Source of the DNA: Clostridia bacterium
GTDB lineage: Bacteria; Bacillota; Clostridia; Christensenellales; Borkfalkiaceae
Direction of reading: 5' to 3'
DNA: 64,000 nt
Assembly (NCBI GenBank): GCA_021203845.1
Contig: JAJQAK010000185.1
Span: forward strand, 1,731-65,730
Translations under genes and position numbers: made by a program
Notes under the pieces: model-generated
Databases searched by the model: none
What the model saw: the letters and a program-made list of their open reading frames with translations, nothing else
What the model was told of the DNA's origin: nothing
Shown: positions 44,337 through 51,932 of the stretch, piece after piece
Layout: each line of letters opens with the position of its first letter
How positions within the stretch are numbered: the first letter of the stretch is position 1

Positions 44337-44877
44337 CGGGGAGTTGCACCTCTGTTTCTTCGGGCTTGTCCTTGGGTTTTTCTTCCTCGTCTATCGCGGG
44401 CAGGTAAATGACGACGTCGCTTTCGGGTGTTCCGTCCTGAACGGGCTTCGCGGCGAGCTGTCTGGCGACCTCGATTTTCTCTCGTTCCAAGAGATACTTT
44501 GGGTCTTGCCCGCTGTTCGTCACCAAGAACTCCGCGGCTTTCGTGTCTCCGTTTATGGCCTTTATGCCCTGCGCCACAACTATCGCCGTGGCATACGTCA
44601 TGTCGTCGGGATTGTGTATACCCATTTGCTCCAGCCGTTCTCTCACATTCCCGTCGACCTTCATTTCCAAAAACAGGTCTATGACCTCTTTTATGTGCTT
44701 TTTCCGTTGCGTCGTCTCCCGATGTGTTGCCGAGGCTTTTTCTATTAGTTTCGCGTGTACCTCCGGCGTGATTTTGTTTGTTTTTATGAGATTTTGCTCC
44801 GACCTCGCTCTGCCCGCGGCCTTTGAGCCCAGCAACTCGGTAACTTCTTTTCCCCTGTCGTTTCCCCCGTCCGGCAT
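44305..44877 (-). CDS. terS: Terminase small subunit (Terminase_2-like)
   Basis: 190-aa ORF. The segment ...TYATAIVVAQGIKAINGDTKAAEFLVTNSGQDP fits the SPP1 G1P-type small terminase pattern. It overlaps terL by 32 nt. Confidence 0.7.
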   Translation of the reverse strand: MPDGGNDRGKEVTELLGSKAAGRARSEQNLIKTNKITPEVHAKLIEKASATHRETTQRKKHIKEVIDLFLEMKVDGNVRERLEQMGIHNPDDMTYATAIVVAQGIKAINGDTKAAEFLVTNSGQDPKYLLEREKIEVARQLAAKPVQDGTPESDVVIYLPAIDEEEKPKDKPEETEVQLPDADKRDGNDT

Positions 44878-44881
44878 ATCG

Positions 44882-45622
44882 TTACCCCCATATGTTATAT
44901 TCTATTTTCTGTCTCCTTATGACTTTGCACTGTAAGACTTCCCGACCGGTTTTATTGTTTGTCTTTTTGATTATGTATTTGCCCCAGTCTTTTTGCAGCT
45001 TGTCGAGACTGTCGCGGTTTCTGTCCGTGACCTGATTCCATGGCGTACCCGACTTTATGTAATATCGGTTGTCTATCCATACGATTCTGTCCCACATCAT
45101 GCTCTGCATACAGTAGTCCATGCACTCCGAGAAGTCGTCGTCTATGAAATATCTCTTGCGTCCTATGACGCCGATTATTGCGTCCGCTATGCCGGTAAAC
45201 AAAAACGGCTCCGTGGGATTGTAGTTCGCGGGTGACAGCTCGTTAAAGCCGAACACGTGCGCTCTCGCGCCTTTCGCCATTGTCGCCGTGTTATGTATCG
45301 CCTCTAAAAACTCCTCTTGAGACGCGAGATTTGAAGCTCTCTCGCCGCTTGCCGACTTGACCGCCGTTATGTCGTCCCGAAACATTATCAGCGTTTCTTC
45401 CGCGAAGTTGTCCAATGCCCAGTTTCGTATCTGCCCCACGCTTTTCGCGGGACAACCGACTATCGGATTTATGAGGTTTCTTTCATACTCTGCTTTTTGA
45501 GTTTCCGGCACAAGAATTTCGGTGTCCGCGGGGAGGAGCTTACCTGTACTCACCCCTAACGGATTGCCTCGGCTTATGATTATGAATTTTATGTCACTCA
45601 AAGACGGTTTTCTTCCCTTCAT
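44882..45622 (-). CDS. Hypothetical protein (possible GT-A-like nucleotide-sugar transferase fold, very tentative)
   Basis: 246-aa ORF. The N-terminal beta-strand-like FIIISRGNP and the acidic FRDDI are the only hints. Confidence 0.3.
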   Translation of the reverse strand: MKGRKPSLSDIKFIIISRGNPLGVSTGKLLPADTEILVPETQKAEYERNLINPIVGCPAKSVGQIRNWALDNFAEETLIMFRDDITAVKSASGERASNLASQEEFLEAIHNTATMAKGARAHVFGFNELSPANYNPTEPFLFTGIADAIIGVIGRKRYFIDDDFSECMDYCMQSMMWDRIVWIDNRYYIKSGTPWNQVTDRNRDSLDKLQKDWGKYIIKKTNNKTGREVLQCKVIRRQKIEYNIWG

Positions 45623-46242
45623 TTTTTGTTTAATTTTTCAATCAATACCTTGCCGTCCAAAACTCTGCCGAGCCCCGTCTTTCTCGTCTTGCCTTCGTTT
45701 ATCTCGACGTCCTCAAGTCCAAATCTTGTGACCGCCTCCGACCACAAGCCTTCATTTCTGAACACAAATACGATATAATCGTAATGCTCGAACTGTTTGA
45801 GCTCCATTTCATTAAGCTCCTGCACGGGCTTTACTTCCGGAGTTTCCGCCAAATCGTTAAACCCAAACTTCGTCATGTCCATGGTAAGCCCTTTAAGTTC
45901 AAACCCCAGCATATCCGTCCATAACGAATACTCGCCCACTTTGTTGTCGGCGAGCCTGAACGCCTTAACCTGCTCCTCCGTCAAGTCCTCCGCACGTATG
46001 CACGGCACTTTGTCCATGTGTAGATGTTTCGCCGCCTCGTACCTCGTGTGACCGGCTATTATTGTGCCGTCCCTATCCACGATTATCGGGTTGCGAAAAC
46101 CGAACTCCTTTATGCTGTTCACGACGTACGTTATCGACTCTTTGTTGTTTCTCGGATTGAACGCATACGGCTTTATCTCGTCCAGTCCGAGCCATTCCAC
46201 TTCCATGCTGGCCATTCCTTCCCCCATAACAAAAACGCCCAT
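45619..46242 (-). CDS. ParB-like nuclease (ParBc) domain protein
   Basis: 207-aa ORF. It contains LDEIKPYAFNPRNN...SIKEFGFRNPIIVDRDGTIIAGHTRYEAAKHLHMDKVPC, the classic ParBc pattern. Confidence 0.75.
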   Translation of the reverse strand: MGVFVMGEGMASMEVEWLGLDEIKPYAFNPRNNKESITYVVNSIKEFGFRNPIIVDRDGTIIAGHTRYEAAKHLHMDKVPCIRAEDLTEEQVKAFRLADNKVGEYSLWTDMLGFELKGLTMDMTKFGFNDLAETPEVKPVQELNEMELKQFEHYDYIVFVFRNEGLWSEAVTRFGLEDVEINEGKTRKTGLGRVLDGKVLIEKLNKK

Positions 46243-46286
46243 GAACTTGTCGTGAGCGTTTGTGTGTTAATTTGTATGTCTGTTGT

Positions 46287-46544
46287 TTATGAATCGCAGT
46301 AGCGAATCGTGTCCTCTATAAACCCCGCGTCAGCATCCGTGACCTTGGCGTTCATATACTTTTTTGCGAGACGCAACATATCCTCCACCGCCTCGTCCTT
46401 TGCGAGACAGGCATCGTACCAGCCCTCAACCCAATCTTCTCGGTCTTTCTTGCTGTAGTCCCTCGGCGCATACTTCGCTATGAACTTGTGAATTGTCTTA
46501 AGCTGTTCTTCCGTGAGCTTTTTGGCTTCTTCGCACATATACAT
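46287..46544 (-). CDS. Small hypothetical protein
   Basis: The track ORF starts at 46559, inside the RBS GGGAGGTGAG. The ATG at 46544 (MYMCEEAKK) has proper spacing. Confidence 0.55.
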   Translation of the reverse strand: MYMCEEAKKLTEEQLKTIHKFIAKYAPRDYSKKDREDWVEGWYDACLAKDEAVEDMLRLAKKYMNAKVTDADAGFIEDTIRYCDS

Positions 46545-46576
46545 AATCTCACCTCCCATCTCTTTCTCTCAAGTAT

Positions 46577-46605
46577 ATTGTACCACGTCAAGCGTGATTT
46601 GTCAA
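46577..46605 (-). promoter_or_regulatory. Near-consensus promoter TTGACA-17-TGGTACAAT
   Basis: The -35 is at 46605-46600 and the -10 at 46582-46577. The upstream element GCGTAAAAGTA is nearly identical to the 24.9 kb copy. Confidence 0.65.
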
Positions 46606-46630
46606 TACTTTTACGCAACTTTCGGCAAAA

Positions 46631-48184
46631 TTATTGCTTCCATTCCTCGCTGCCCCATTCAACGGGAATGTCTTCGCCTTTTGCGTTTTTTGAACTCAAC
46701 ACTTTCGCGGGACGCCCGTTGTTGTCGATTCTCACGCAACTGTCGAAGCCCTGTCCGTTTGACATCTCGTCCCATACTTTTCTGCAGCCACCGTCTATCT
46801 CTCTCGTAATGTAACGGAGTGACAAAATACGTCCGGTCTTTACCGCTCTCGTCATCATTCTTCTTGCCGCGTTTGTGTTCTTGACGTCGTTGTATACAAG
46901 ATTAACCTCGTAACCCTGTTTCTTCAACGCCGCGAGATACTTCTTTATTTTCTTGGGGTTTGAGCCGACTATCGGGATTGCGACGTTCGCGCCGTCCATT
47001 GAACCGTCAAAGAACTTTGGCAACAGTTCTTGGTTGAGAATATCCGAGCTTTCCTCGTGAACTTTCCCCGCGCCTTTGCCGTTGTCAAATTCGGGCATCA
47101 TGCTTTTAACCACATCGCTGTCCATGACCATCGCGCCGTAATATTGTGATATTCTGTTCACGGCGACGGATGACTTGCCCGCGGCAGGCGGCCCCATGAT
47201 TAGGAATGCTTTCTTTTCTTTCTTTACCTCTCCAGTGTACTGCTCATCCCCGTTCTCATCTATCACGACACTGCCCGAATGAAGCATTTTCTCGACTATC
47301 GGCTTATGCACGCTGTCGATTCTGTCTTGGTTGTATACAACATTTCCGTTCTCGTCCCTTTCGGGAACGGTTTTGCCGTTGTCATCCTTCATTTTCCCTG
47401 TAAATTTCCACTGTGTTTGGTCTTTTTCGGGAGTTTGGTTGAGTTTCATAAGTTTCTTCACCATCGGGTTTTTTGCGAGCTCACTTATCGGGTACGTCGG
47501 GAACTCCATGAGGTCTTTGTATAGCCCCCTCGCTCTCTCCAATGCCACAGGCGGCTGGTAGTAATTTATACTGTTCACGGACAGTCCCGAAATTTTGGAA
47601 ATCTGTTCGGGCGACATTTTGCGCTTTTTCGCCATGTAGTCCAATAGCCGCGACAGGTTTCTTTGGTCGGCGAACGGTCTTTCCTCCTCATCCAGTTTTT
47701 CAGGATTGACCATTTTAAGTATCTTGCTTTTCGAACCGAACTCCTTTTCGGCATATGTCCTTAACTTGTCGTAAGCCGATTTGCATATATGGGCATCTAT
47801 CATACCTTTCCGCCTATGAGCCGCCTCGCTAAACTGTTCGGGGGGAGTATACGGTTTTTCTCGCTCTCTGCGGTCGCGTCCCGAACCTCCGGTAATCCCC
47901 TTGTCTCTCATTTCTTGAACATACGAGTCTATCGTGCCGTTCTTTTGCAACTCCGCAAACGCGGCCTTGGGCGTTATGCCCTTTCCGGCGAGAGCCTCCC
48001 AACAATCCGTCGGGGAAAACCCTTCGGTGTCTATGCCGAACTCCTCGCATAGACCGTACGGCAAGCGGGTGTTCCCTCCGCCTCCGCTTTGTTTCTTGGA
48101 GGTCTCCTCAGTATCGTCATCCGCATCCATATGCATTATTCTACGTATCATGCGGTCTCTTGCACTTATAAAATTCTTCCCCAT
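46631..48184 (-). CDS. Module-tagged zeta-toxin-like P-loop kinase
   Basis: 517-aa ORF. The N-terminus is MIRRIMHMDADDDTEE...GGNTRLPYGLCEEFGIDTEGFSPTDCWEALAGKGI. The C-terminus has the Walker A motif FLIMGPPAAGKSSV (about 47174-47210) and downstream zeta-like blocks (DSD..., GYEVNLVY). Confidence 0.7.
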   Translation of the reverse strand: MGKNFISARDRMIRRIMHMDADDDTEETSKKQSGGGGNTRLPYGLCEEFGIDTEGFSPTDCWEALAGKGITPKAAFAELQKNGTIDSYVQEMRDKGITGGSGRDRREREKPYTPPEQFSEAAHRRKGMIDAHICKSAYDKLRTYAEKEFGSKSKILKMVNPEKLDEEERPFADQRNLSRLLDYMAKKRKMSPEQISKISGLSVNSINYYQPPVALERARGLYKDLMEFPTYPISELAKNPMVKKLMKLNQTPEKDQTQWKFTGKMKDDNGKTVPERDENGNVVYNQDRIDSVHKPIVEKMLHSGSVVIDENGDEQYTGEVKKEKKAFLIMGPPAAGKSSVAVNRISQYYGAMVMDSDVVKSMMPEFDNGKGAGKVHEESSDILNQELLPKFFDGSMDGANVAIPIVGSNPKKIKKYLAALKKQGYEVNLVYNDVKNTNAARRMMTRAVKTGRILSLRYITREIDGGCRKVWDEMSNGQGFDSCVRIDNNGRPAKVLSSKNAKGEDIPVEWGSEEWKQ

Positions 48185-48197
48185 ACTTAAAACTCCT

Positions 48198-49925
48198 TTA
48201 GTCGTCCATGATTATCTTTGTCACGGCATCCATGTATTCCTCTATGTAATCGGGAAGCTGCTCACCCATGTAGTACATCGTAAAACACTCGGCAAACATC
48301 TCGCACGGCTTGCCGTCCTCATATGCGTATACGGATATTTTGCCCTTGTCACCATGTTTCGAGACCAAATCCCATAGTTTTTTCTCAACGAACTTCCCCG
48401 ATGTAAAAATGACATCTCCGGATTTTAATTTCGTTGCTTCTAGAGTCTGCTTGCTTTTTAACACATCGTCCACGGCGTCTCTCAACATATGTCCCAGCTC
48501 GTGAACCACGAGCGACTCCATTTCCCTGCCCTCTATGAACACATTGTGCCGGCGGCTAGGGTCGGTGTAGGCCTCTCTTGCTTTTTCCAAGTTTGCTTTG
48601 TCTTGTTTTTTTGCAGCGATGTCATTCTCAATTTGCGTTATCGCCTCTTTGTTGCCATCCGTTTTTGCGGTTTTCAAAGACAGCTCCATCTCTGCTATTG
48701 TCTCCTCGGCCTTGCTTATCATTTTGTCATATGTTTTTCTGTATGTTTTTATGGCGGGCAATCGGTTTGTGTTCAAAAAATCCATTTCGTGCCGGCCAAC
48801 TTGCCACCACGCGAGTTTTCCCGTTTTAAACCGATTGCTCGCTCCTATCTTTGCGGGTTTGACGCCATAACTTTCGTATATCGACATCAATGCATTGTTT
48901 ATTTGGTTGCACTGCTCGGCCGTGAACTGCTTTGTGGCATACGCATCCTTGCCGGCTGATTTGCCATGTGCGTCATTGTACATATCTATTCCGAGATTGT
49001 CCTTCGCCCATTTCGCGGCCTCGGCCGGAGTCTTGCACTCACTTACTTTTCGGACGCCCCGCTTGCCCCAGTTCGGGTTTTTCTTCAGCTCGGCCCTTGC
49101 TTCCTGTTTCTTTTTCTCTTGCTCTTTCCTTCTTTGCTCGGCCTCCTCTTGAGCTTTGCGTTTTTTTTCTTTGTTTTCCTCTAGCTGTTTGTCTATCTCT
49201 TCTTGCGGCATGACAATCTTATCGAGCATTTCCTCGCACCATGCCTTCACTTCGTCATCCTCACAGGTTTCCATAGCCTCTTTCGTTCGGCCTATATAGT
49301 CCTTCATGTACGATTTGTGGTTCCCCACTTCCGTAAACCCATGAGCAAGGGCGCTTTTGATATTTCTCGTTTCTCTCTCAACTTCCATTACCGCCGCCAC
49401 GGCTCTGTAATTGTCACAAATTGCTCGATAAACATCACTAACCCCATCGTCGTTTTCGTGTTTTCTGTATATCTCGTAGCTCTCACTTGGATAATTCGGC
49501 GGGTTTCCGGTCAGCCATTCCTTGCCGTTTTTTTCGTTGTCTCGTATTGCCTCGAACCACTCTCTCGTGGCTTTTCTCCTTCCCTTGAATGACTCCCTTT
49601 CTTGGTCATTTAGGTTTAAAGAATCTATCGGGTCTTTCTTTACGGTTTTACTCCCTTTCGGCTTGTACCCCTCTATCGTGCCGTGCTCGTTCAAATATTG
49701 ATAGGCCTCTTTCGGACTCACGTCCTCGCCCTTGAGGGCTTTCCAACAGTCCTTCGGAGTAAAACCCGTGGTATCTATGCCATACTCTTTACATAAACCG
49801 TACGGGAGTCGCGTGTTGCCATGTGAGTGTATTCCTCTCTCATTTCGCTCGTCATCGTCATCGGCGTCCAGCCGCAATATTCTGTTTATCATGTCGTGTC
49901 GTGCGTCGTTTGCCGTGCCGCTCAT
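48198..49925 (-). CDS. Module-tagged HExxH zinc metallopeptidase
   Basis: The track ORF starts at the TTG at 49940, inside the RBS. The ATG at 49925 (MSGTANDARHDMINRILRLDADDDDE...HGNTRLPYGLCKEYGIDTTGFTPKDCWKALKGEDV) is preferred. It also has LVVHELGHML (about 48482-48513) and EMFAECF. Confidence 0.75.
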   Translation of the reverse strand: MSGTANDARHDMINRILRLDADDDDERNERGIHSHGNTRLPYGLCKEYGIDTTGFTPKDCWKALKGEDVSPKEAYQYLNEHGTIEGYKPKGSKTVKKDPIDSLNLNDQERESFKGRRKATREWFEAIRDNEKNGKEWLTGNPPNYPSESYEIYRKHENDDGVSDVYRAICDNYRAVAAVMEVERETRNIKSALAHGFTEVGNHKSYMKDYIGRTKEAMETCEDDEVKAWCEEMLDKIVMPQEEIDKQLEENKEKKRKAQEEAEQRRKEQEKKKQEARAELKKNPNWGKRGVRKVSECKTPAEAAKWAKDNLGIDMYNDAHGKSAGKDAYATKQFTAEQCNQINNALMSIYESYGVKPAKIGASNRFKTGKLAWWQVGRHEMDFLNTNRLPAIKTYRKTYDKMISKAEETIAEMELSLKTAKTDGNKEAITQIENDIAAKKQDKANLEKAREAYTDPSRRHNVFIEGREMESLVVHELGHMLRDAVDDVLKSKQTLEATKLKSGDVIFTSGKFVEKKLWDLVSKHGDKGKISVYAYEDGKPCEMFAECFTMYYMGEQLPDYIEEYMDAVTKIIMDD

Positions 49926-49937
49926 GGCTTCACCTCG

Positions 49938-49967
49938 CAAAAGAAAAGGGCTTGCCCTCGCAAACCC
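49938..49967 (-). terminator. Intrinsic terminator GGGUUUGC-GAGG-GCAAGCCC-UUUUCUUUUG
   Basis: An 8-bp stem (49967-49960 and 49955-49948, one G-U pair) starts right after the stop of 49968..50258. Its U-tract overlaps the RBS of the next gene. Confidence 0.65.
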
Positions 49968-50258
49968 TCAATATTCCAAATGGTCGTATCGCTTCATTAT
50001 TATCTCACTCGCCAACTTGGAGACCTCCATTACCTCATCGTGTAATTCCTTGGGAAAGCCCTCACCTTTGGGATGTTCTTCCAGTGCCGCATTGATGATG
50101 TCAACAAGGTCACTGTTTGCCCGTTTTAAAACCTTATCCAAATAGTCGCATATCTTGTCGGACATAAACTCTTTTTCTTCTTCTTGCCGCCTCCGGAGGT
50201 CTTTGAGCCTCTTAAGCCGCTTGTCATACACCGCTTGCAATTTCCCAGCGTCTACCAT
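49968..50258 (-). CDS. Small helical hypothetical protein
   Basis: 96-aa ORF. The RBS GGAGG lies 7 nt upstream of the ATG. Confidence 0.6.
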   Translation of the reverse strand: MVDAGKLQAVYDKRLKRLKDLRRRQEEEKEFMSDKICDYLDKVLKRANSDLVDIINAALEEHPKGEGFPKELHDEVMEVSKLASEIIMKRYDHLEY

Positions 50259-50352
50259 ATTGCGCCTCCGATTAACTATTTAACACGTATAGGTGAAATC
50301 TGCCACATTCTTCAGCCGTTCCCATATCGCGCACCTCAAGACTTTTTACGTT

Positions 50353-50520
50353 TTAATAAATCGGCTCGTTCTTTAAATACTCCTTTTCGAGTTCAAACAA
50401 TTCATCGTACTGCTTTTCGGCATCCTCATCCGTTTCTCCGACGCCCTTCACGTCAAGCTCTATCATGCTCTCCGGTAGTCCGAGCTTTTTCAACTTGCTT
50501 CTAAATTCATCCTTCGTCAT
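50353..50520 (-). CDS. Small acidic ORF (55 aa), below the track cutoff
   Basis: ATG at 50520 is preceded by GGAGGTGATAAAGA. The product is MTKDEFRSKLKKLGLPESMIELDVKGVGETDEDAEKQYDELFELEKEYLKNEPIY. It fills an otherwise empty 248-nt gap. Confidence 0.45.
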   Translation of the reverse strand: MTKDEFRSKLKKLGLPESMIELDVKGVGETDEDAEKQYDELFELEKEYLKNEPIY

Positions 50521-51814
50521 TCTTTATCACCTCCGTGATTATATCGCCAACCTGTTTGGCTATCTCTCTGGGTTCGGTGTTATTAAGATATTCAGACCAT
50601 GCCTCCGCTATGAACTCACTGAGCCCCTGCCCGTTCTTTAGAACTTGCGGAGAAGTCGGGTATGACGAAAGCCCGGTCTCTATCTGCGCCTTCGACAGCG
50701 AGTTGTACAACTTGCGTATTTCAGGGTTCTTGCTTATGCCGTATGTGTGGTCTATCAAATGTCCCACCTCGTGGTCCATGATTGACTTTATTGTGTCACA
50801 ACCTTTAGGGTGAAATCCATTGTTGGACTCTATTCTTGCGTCATGTTCGAGCGAAGCGTAGTTGCCTGTGTTTGAATCCTCCACATAAATTCCGGCAAAC
50901 GGTCTTAAGGCCTCTGCCCACTCTTTCTTTTCCTCGTCATTGAACTGTTTGTATCCGCCGAAAGACTCATCCGTGTAGAACGCCCATCTGCGTCCCTTTT
51001 GCCTTATGAGGGCATTTCTGTTCGCCCACTCCTCGCACCACCAGTCGGGCTTTGACGGCAACGCTCTTTTCACAAACTTGAGGAGTATCGGTTTCTTTGC
51101 TGCCCTTATCTCCTCACGGATTGCGAGCAGTGAGCCGCAACACTGTATCTTGTCTTTGATTTTCGGAGCTCTCGCGAAATTGTCTGCCAAGGAGTTCGCC
51201 ATCGTTTTCGACACCCTAGCATCAACATTCCACCCAAACGAGCAGTTGGGCACTTTGAGTTCATTCTTTATATAATCCGTCACTCCGCTGTTTGTGGCCG
51301 CCGTACAGGGCGCGTAATGCGGCTTCTCTGTTTTCCCCGACTCATTCTTCGAGCCGTCTTTGTCGTCCTCTGAAGCCCCCTCCGACGCCTTATTTGCCGT
51401 GCTTTTATTTTGGGTCTCTTTCTTTACTTTGTCAACATACGGCTTGATGTTTTTGTCCTCTTTCAACGCTTTATAAGCGTCCGTCGCGCTTACGCCCTTA
51501 CCTTCCAGTGCTTCCCATGCCTGTTTGGGACTCGCACCTTCGGGAAGCTTTATACCAAACTCCTCACAAAGGCCGTATGGTAAGCGGGTGTTCCCGCCGT
51601 GCTTTACCTCACCCCCATCTCTTTCCTCATCCTCATTGGCATCCCCATGTGTCATGCGGAATATGTACCTGTCCCTCGCCATTTTTGCGTTTCCGGTGAC
51701 CGGCTTTCCGAGGTAACGCTCGATGTATTCTTTTCTCGCTCTTTCGGTATCTTTCATAACGCGCCCATATGCTAAAATCGCCTCGGTGGGCGATTTCTCG
51801 CCGTCAAGGCCCAC
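50507..51814 (-). CDS. Module-tagged HExxH zinc metallopeptidase (start uncertain)
   Basis: 435-aa track ORF. By alignment with its paralogs the start is more likely MARDRYIFRMTHGDANEDEE...GGNTRLPYGLCEEFGIKLPEGASPKQAWEALEGKGV, at about 51676. It also has IMDHEVGHLI (about 50746-50782) and SEFIAEAW. Confidence 0.7.
   Translation of the reverse strand: MGLDGEKSPTEAILAYGRVMKDTERARKEYIERYLGKPVTGNAKMARDRYIFRMTHGDANEDEERDGGEVKHGGNTRLPYGLCEEFGIKLPEGASPKQAWEALEGKGVSATDAYKALKEDKNIKPYVDKVKKETQNKSTANKASEGASEDDKDGSKNESGKTEKPHYAPCTAATNSGVTDYIKNELKVPNCSFGWNVDARVSKTMANSLADNFARAPKIKDKIQCCGSLLAIREEIRAAKKPILLKFVKRALPSKPDWWCEEWANRNALIRQKGRRWAFYTDESFGGYKQFNDEEKKEWAEALRPFAGIYVEDSNTGNYASLEHDARIESNNGFHPKGCDTIKSIMDHEVGHLIDHTYGISKNPEIRKLYNSLSKAQIETGLSSYPTSPQVLKNGQGLSEFIAEAWSEYLNNTEPREIAKQVGDIITEVIKNDEG
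51774..51802 (-). promoter_or_regulatory. Leader with three mutually pairing segments GGCGA / UCGCC / GGCGA followed by UUUU (attenuator-like)
   Basis: The minus strand reads GGCGAGAAATCGCCCACCGAGGCGATTTT. Segments 1 and 2 would form a GAAA-loop hairpin, while segments 2 and 3 would form a hairpin followed by a U-tract. Confidence 0.35.
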
Positions 51815-51835
51815 TGTATATAATTTCTTTATTAT

Positions 51836-51864
51836 ACTATACTCTTAAAATTATGGTACGTCAA
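51836..51864 (-). promoter_or_regulatory. Class-2 promoter TTGACG-17-TATAGT heading the effector/terminase/portal block
   Basis: The -35 is at 51864-51859 and the -10 at 51841-51836. It is nearly identical to the 21643-21700 element. Confidence 0.6.
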
Positions 51865-51932
51865 TAAAAAAGTAACTACATATAGTGGTTATTTCATGCG
51901 GGGGATTCGTGCCCCTTTCGTGGGGAGACGTT

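Noticed and set aside
49926-49940. The 'MRG...' N-terminal extensions on several track ORFs (48198..49940, 51933..52898, 58145..58483, 62799..63125 and others).
   Set aside because: They arise from counting the TTG inside the conserved RBS TTGAGAGGTGA as a start codon. The ATG 5-6 codons downstream has correct SD spacing.
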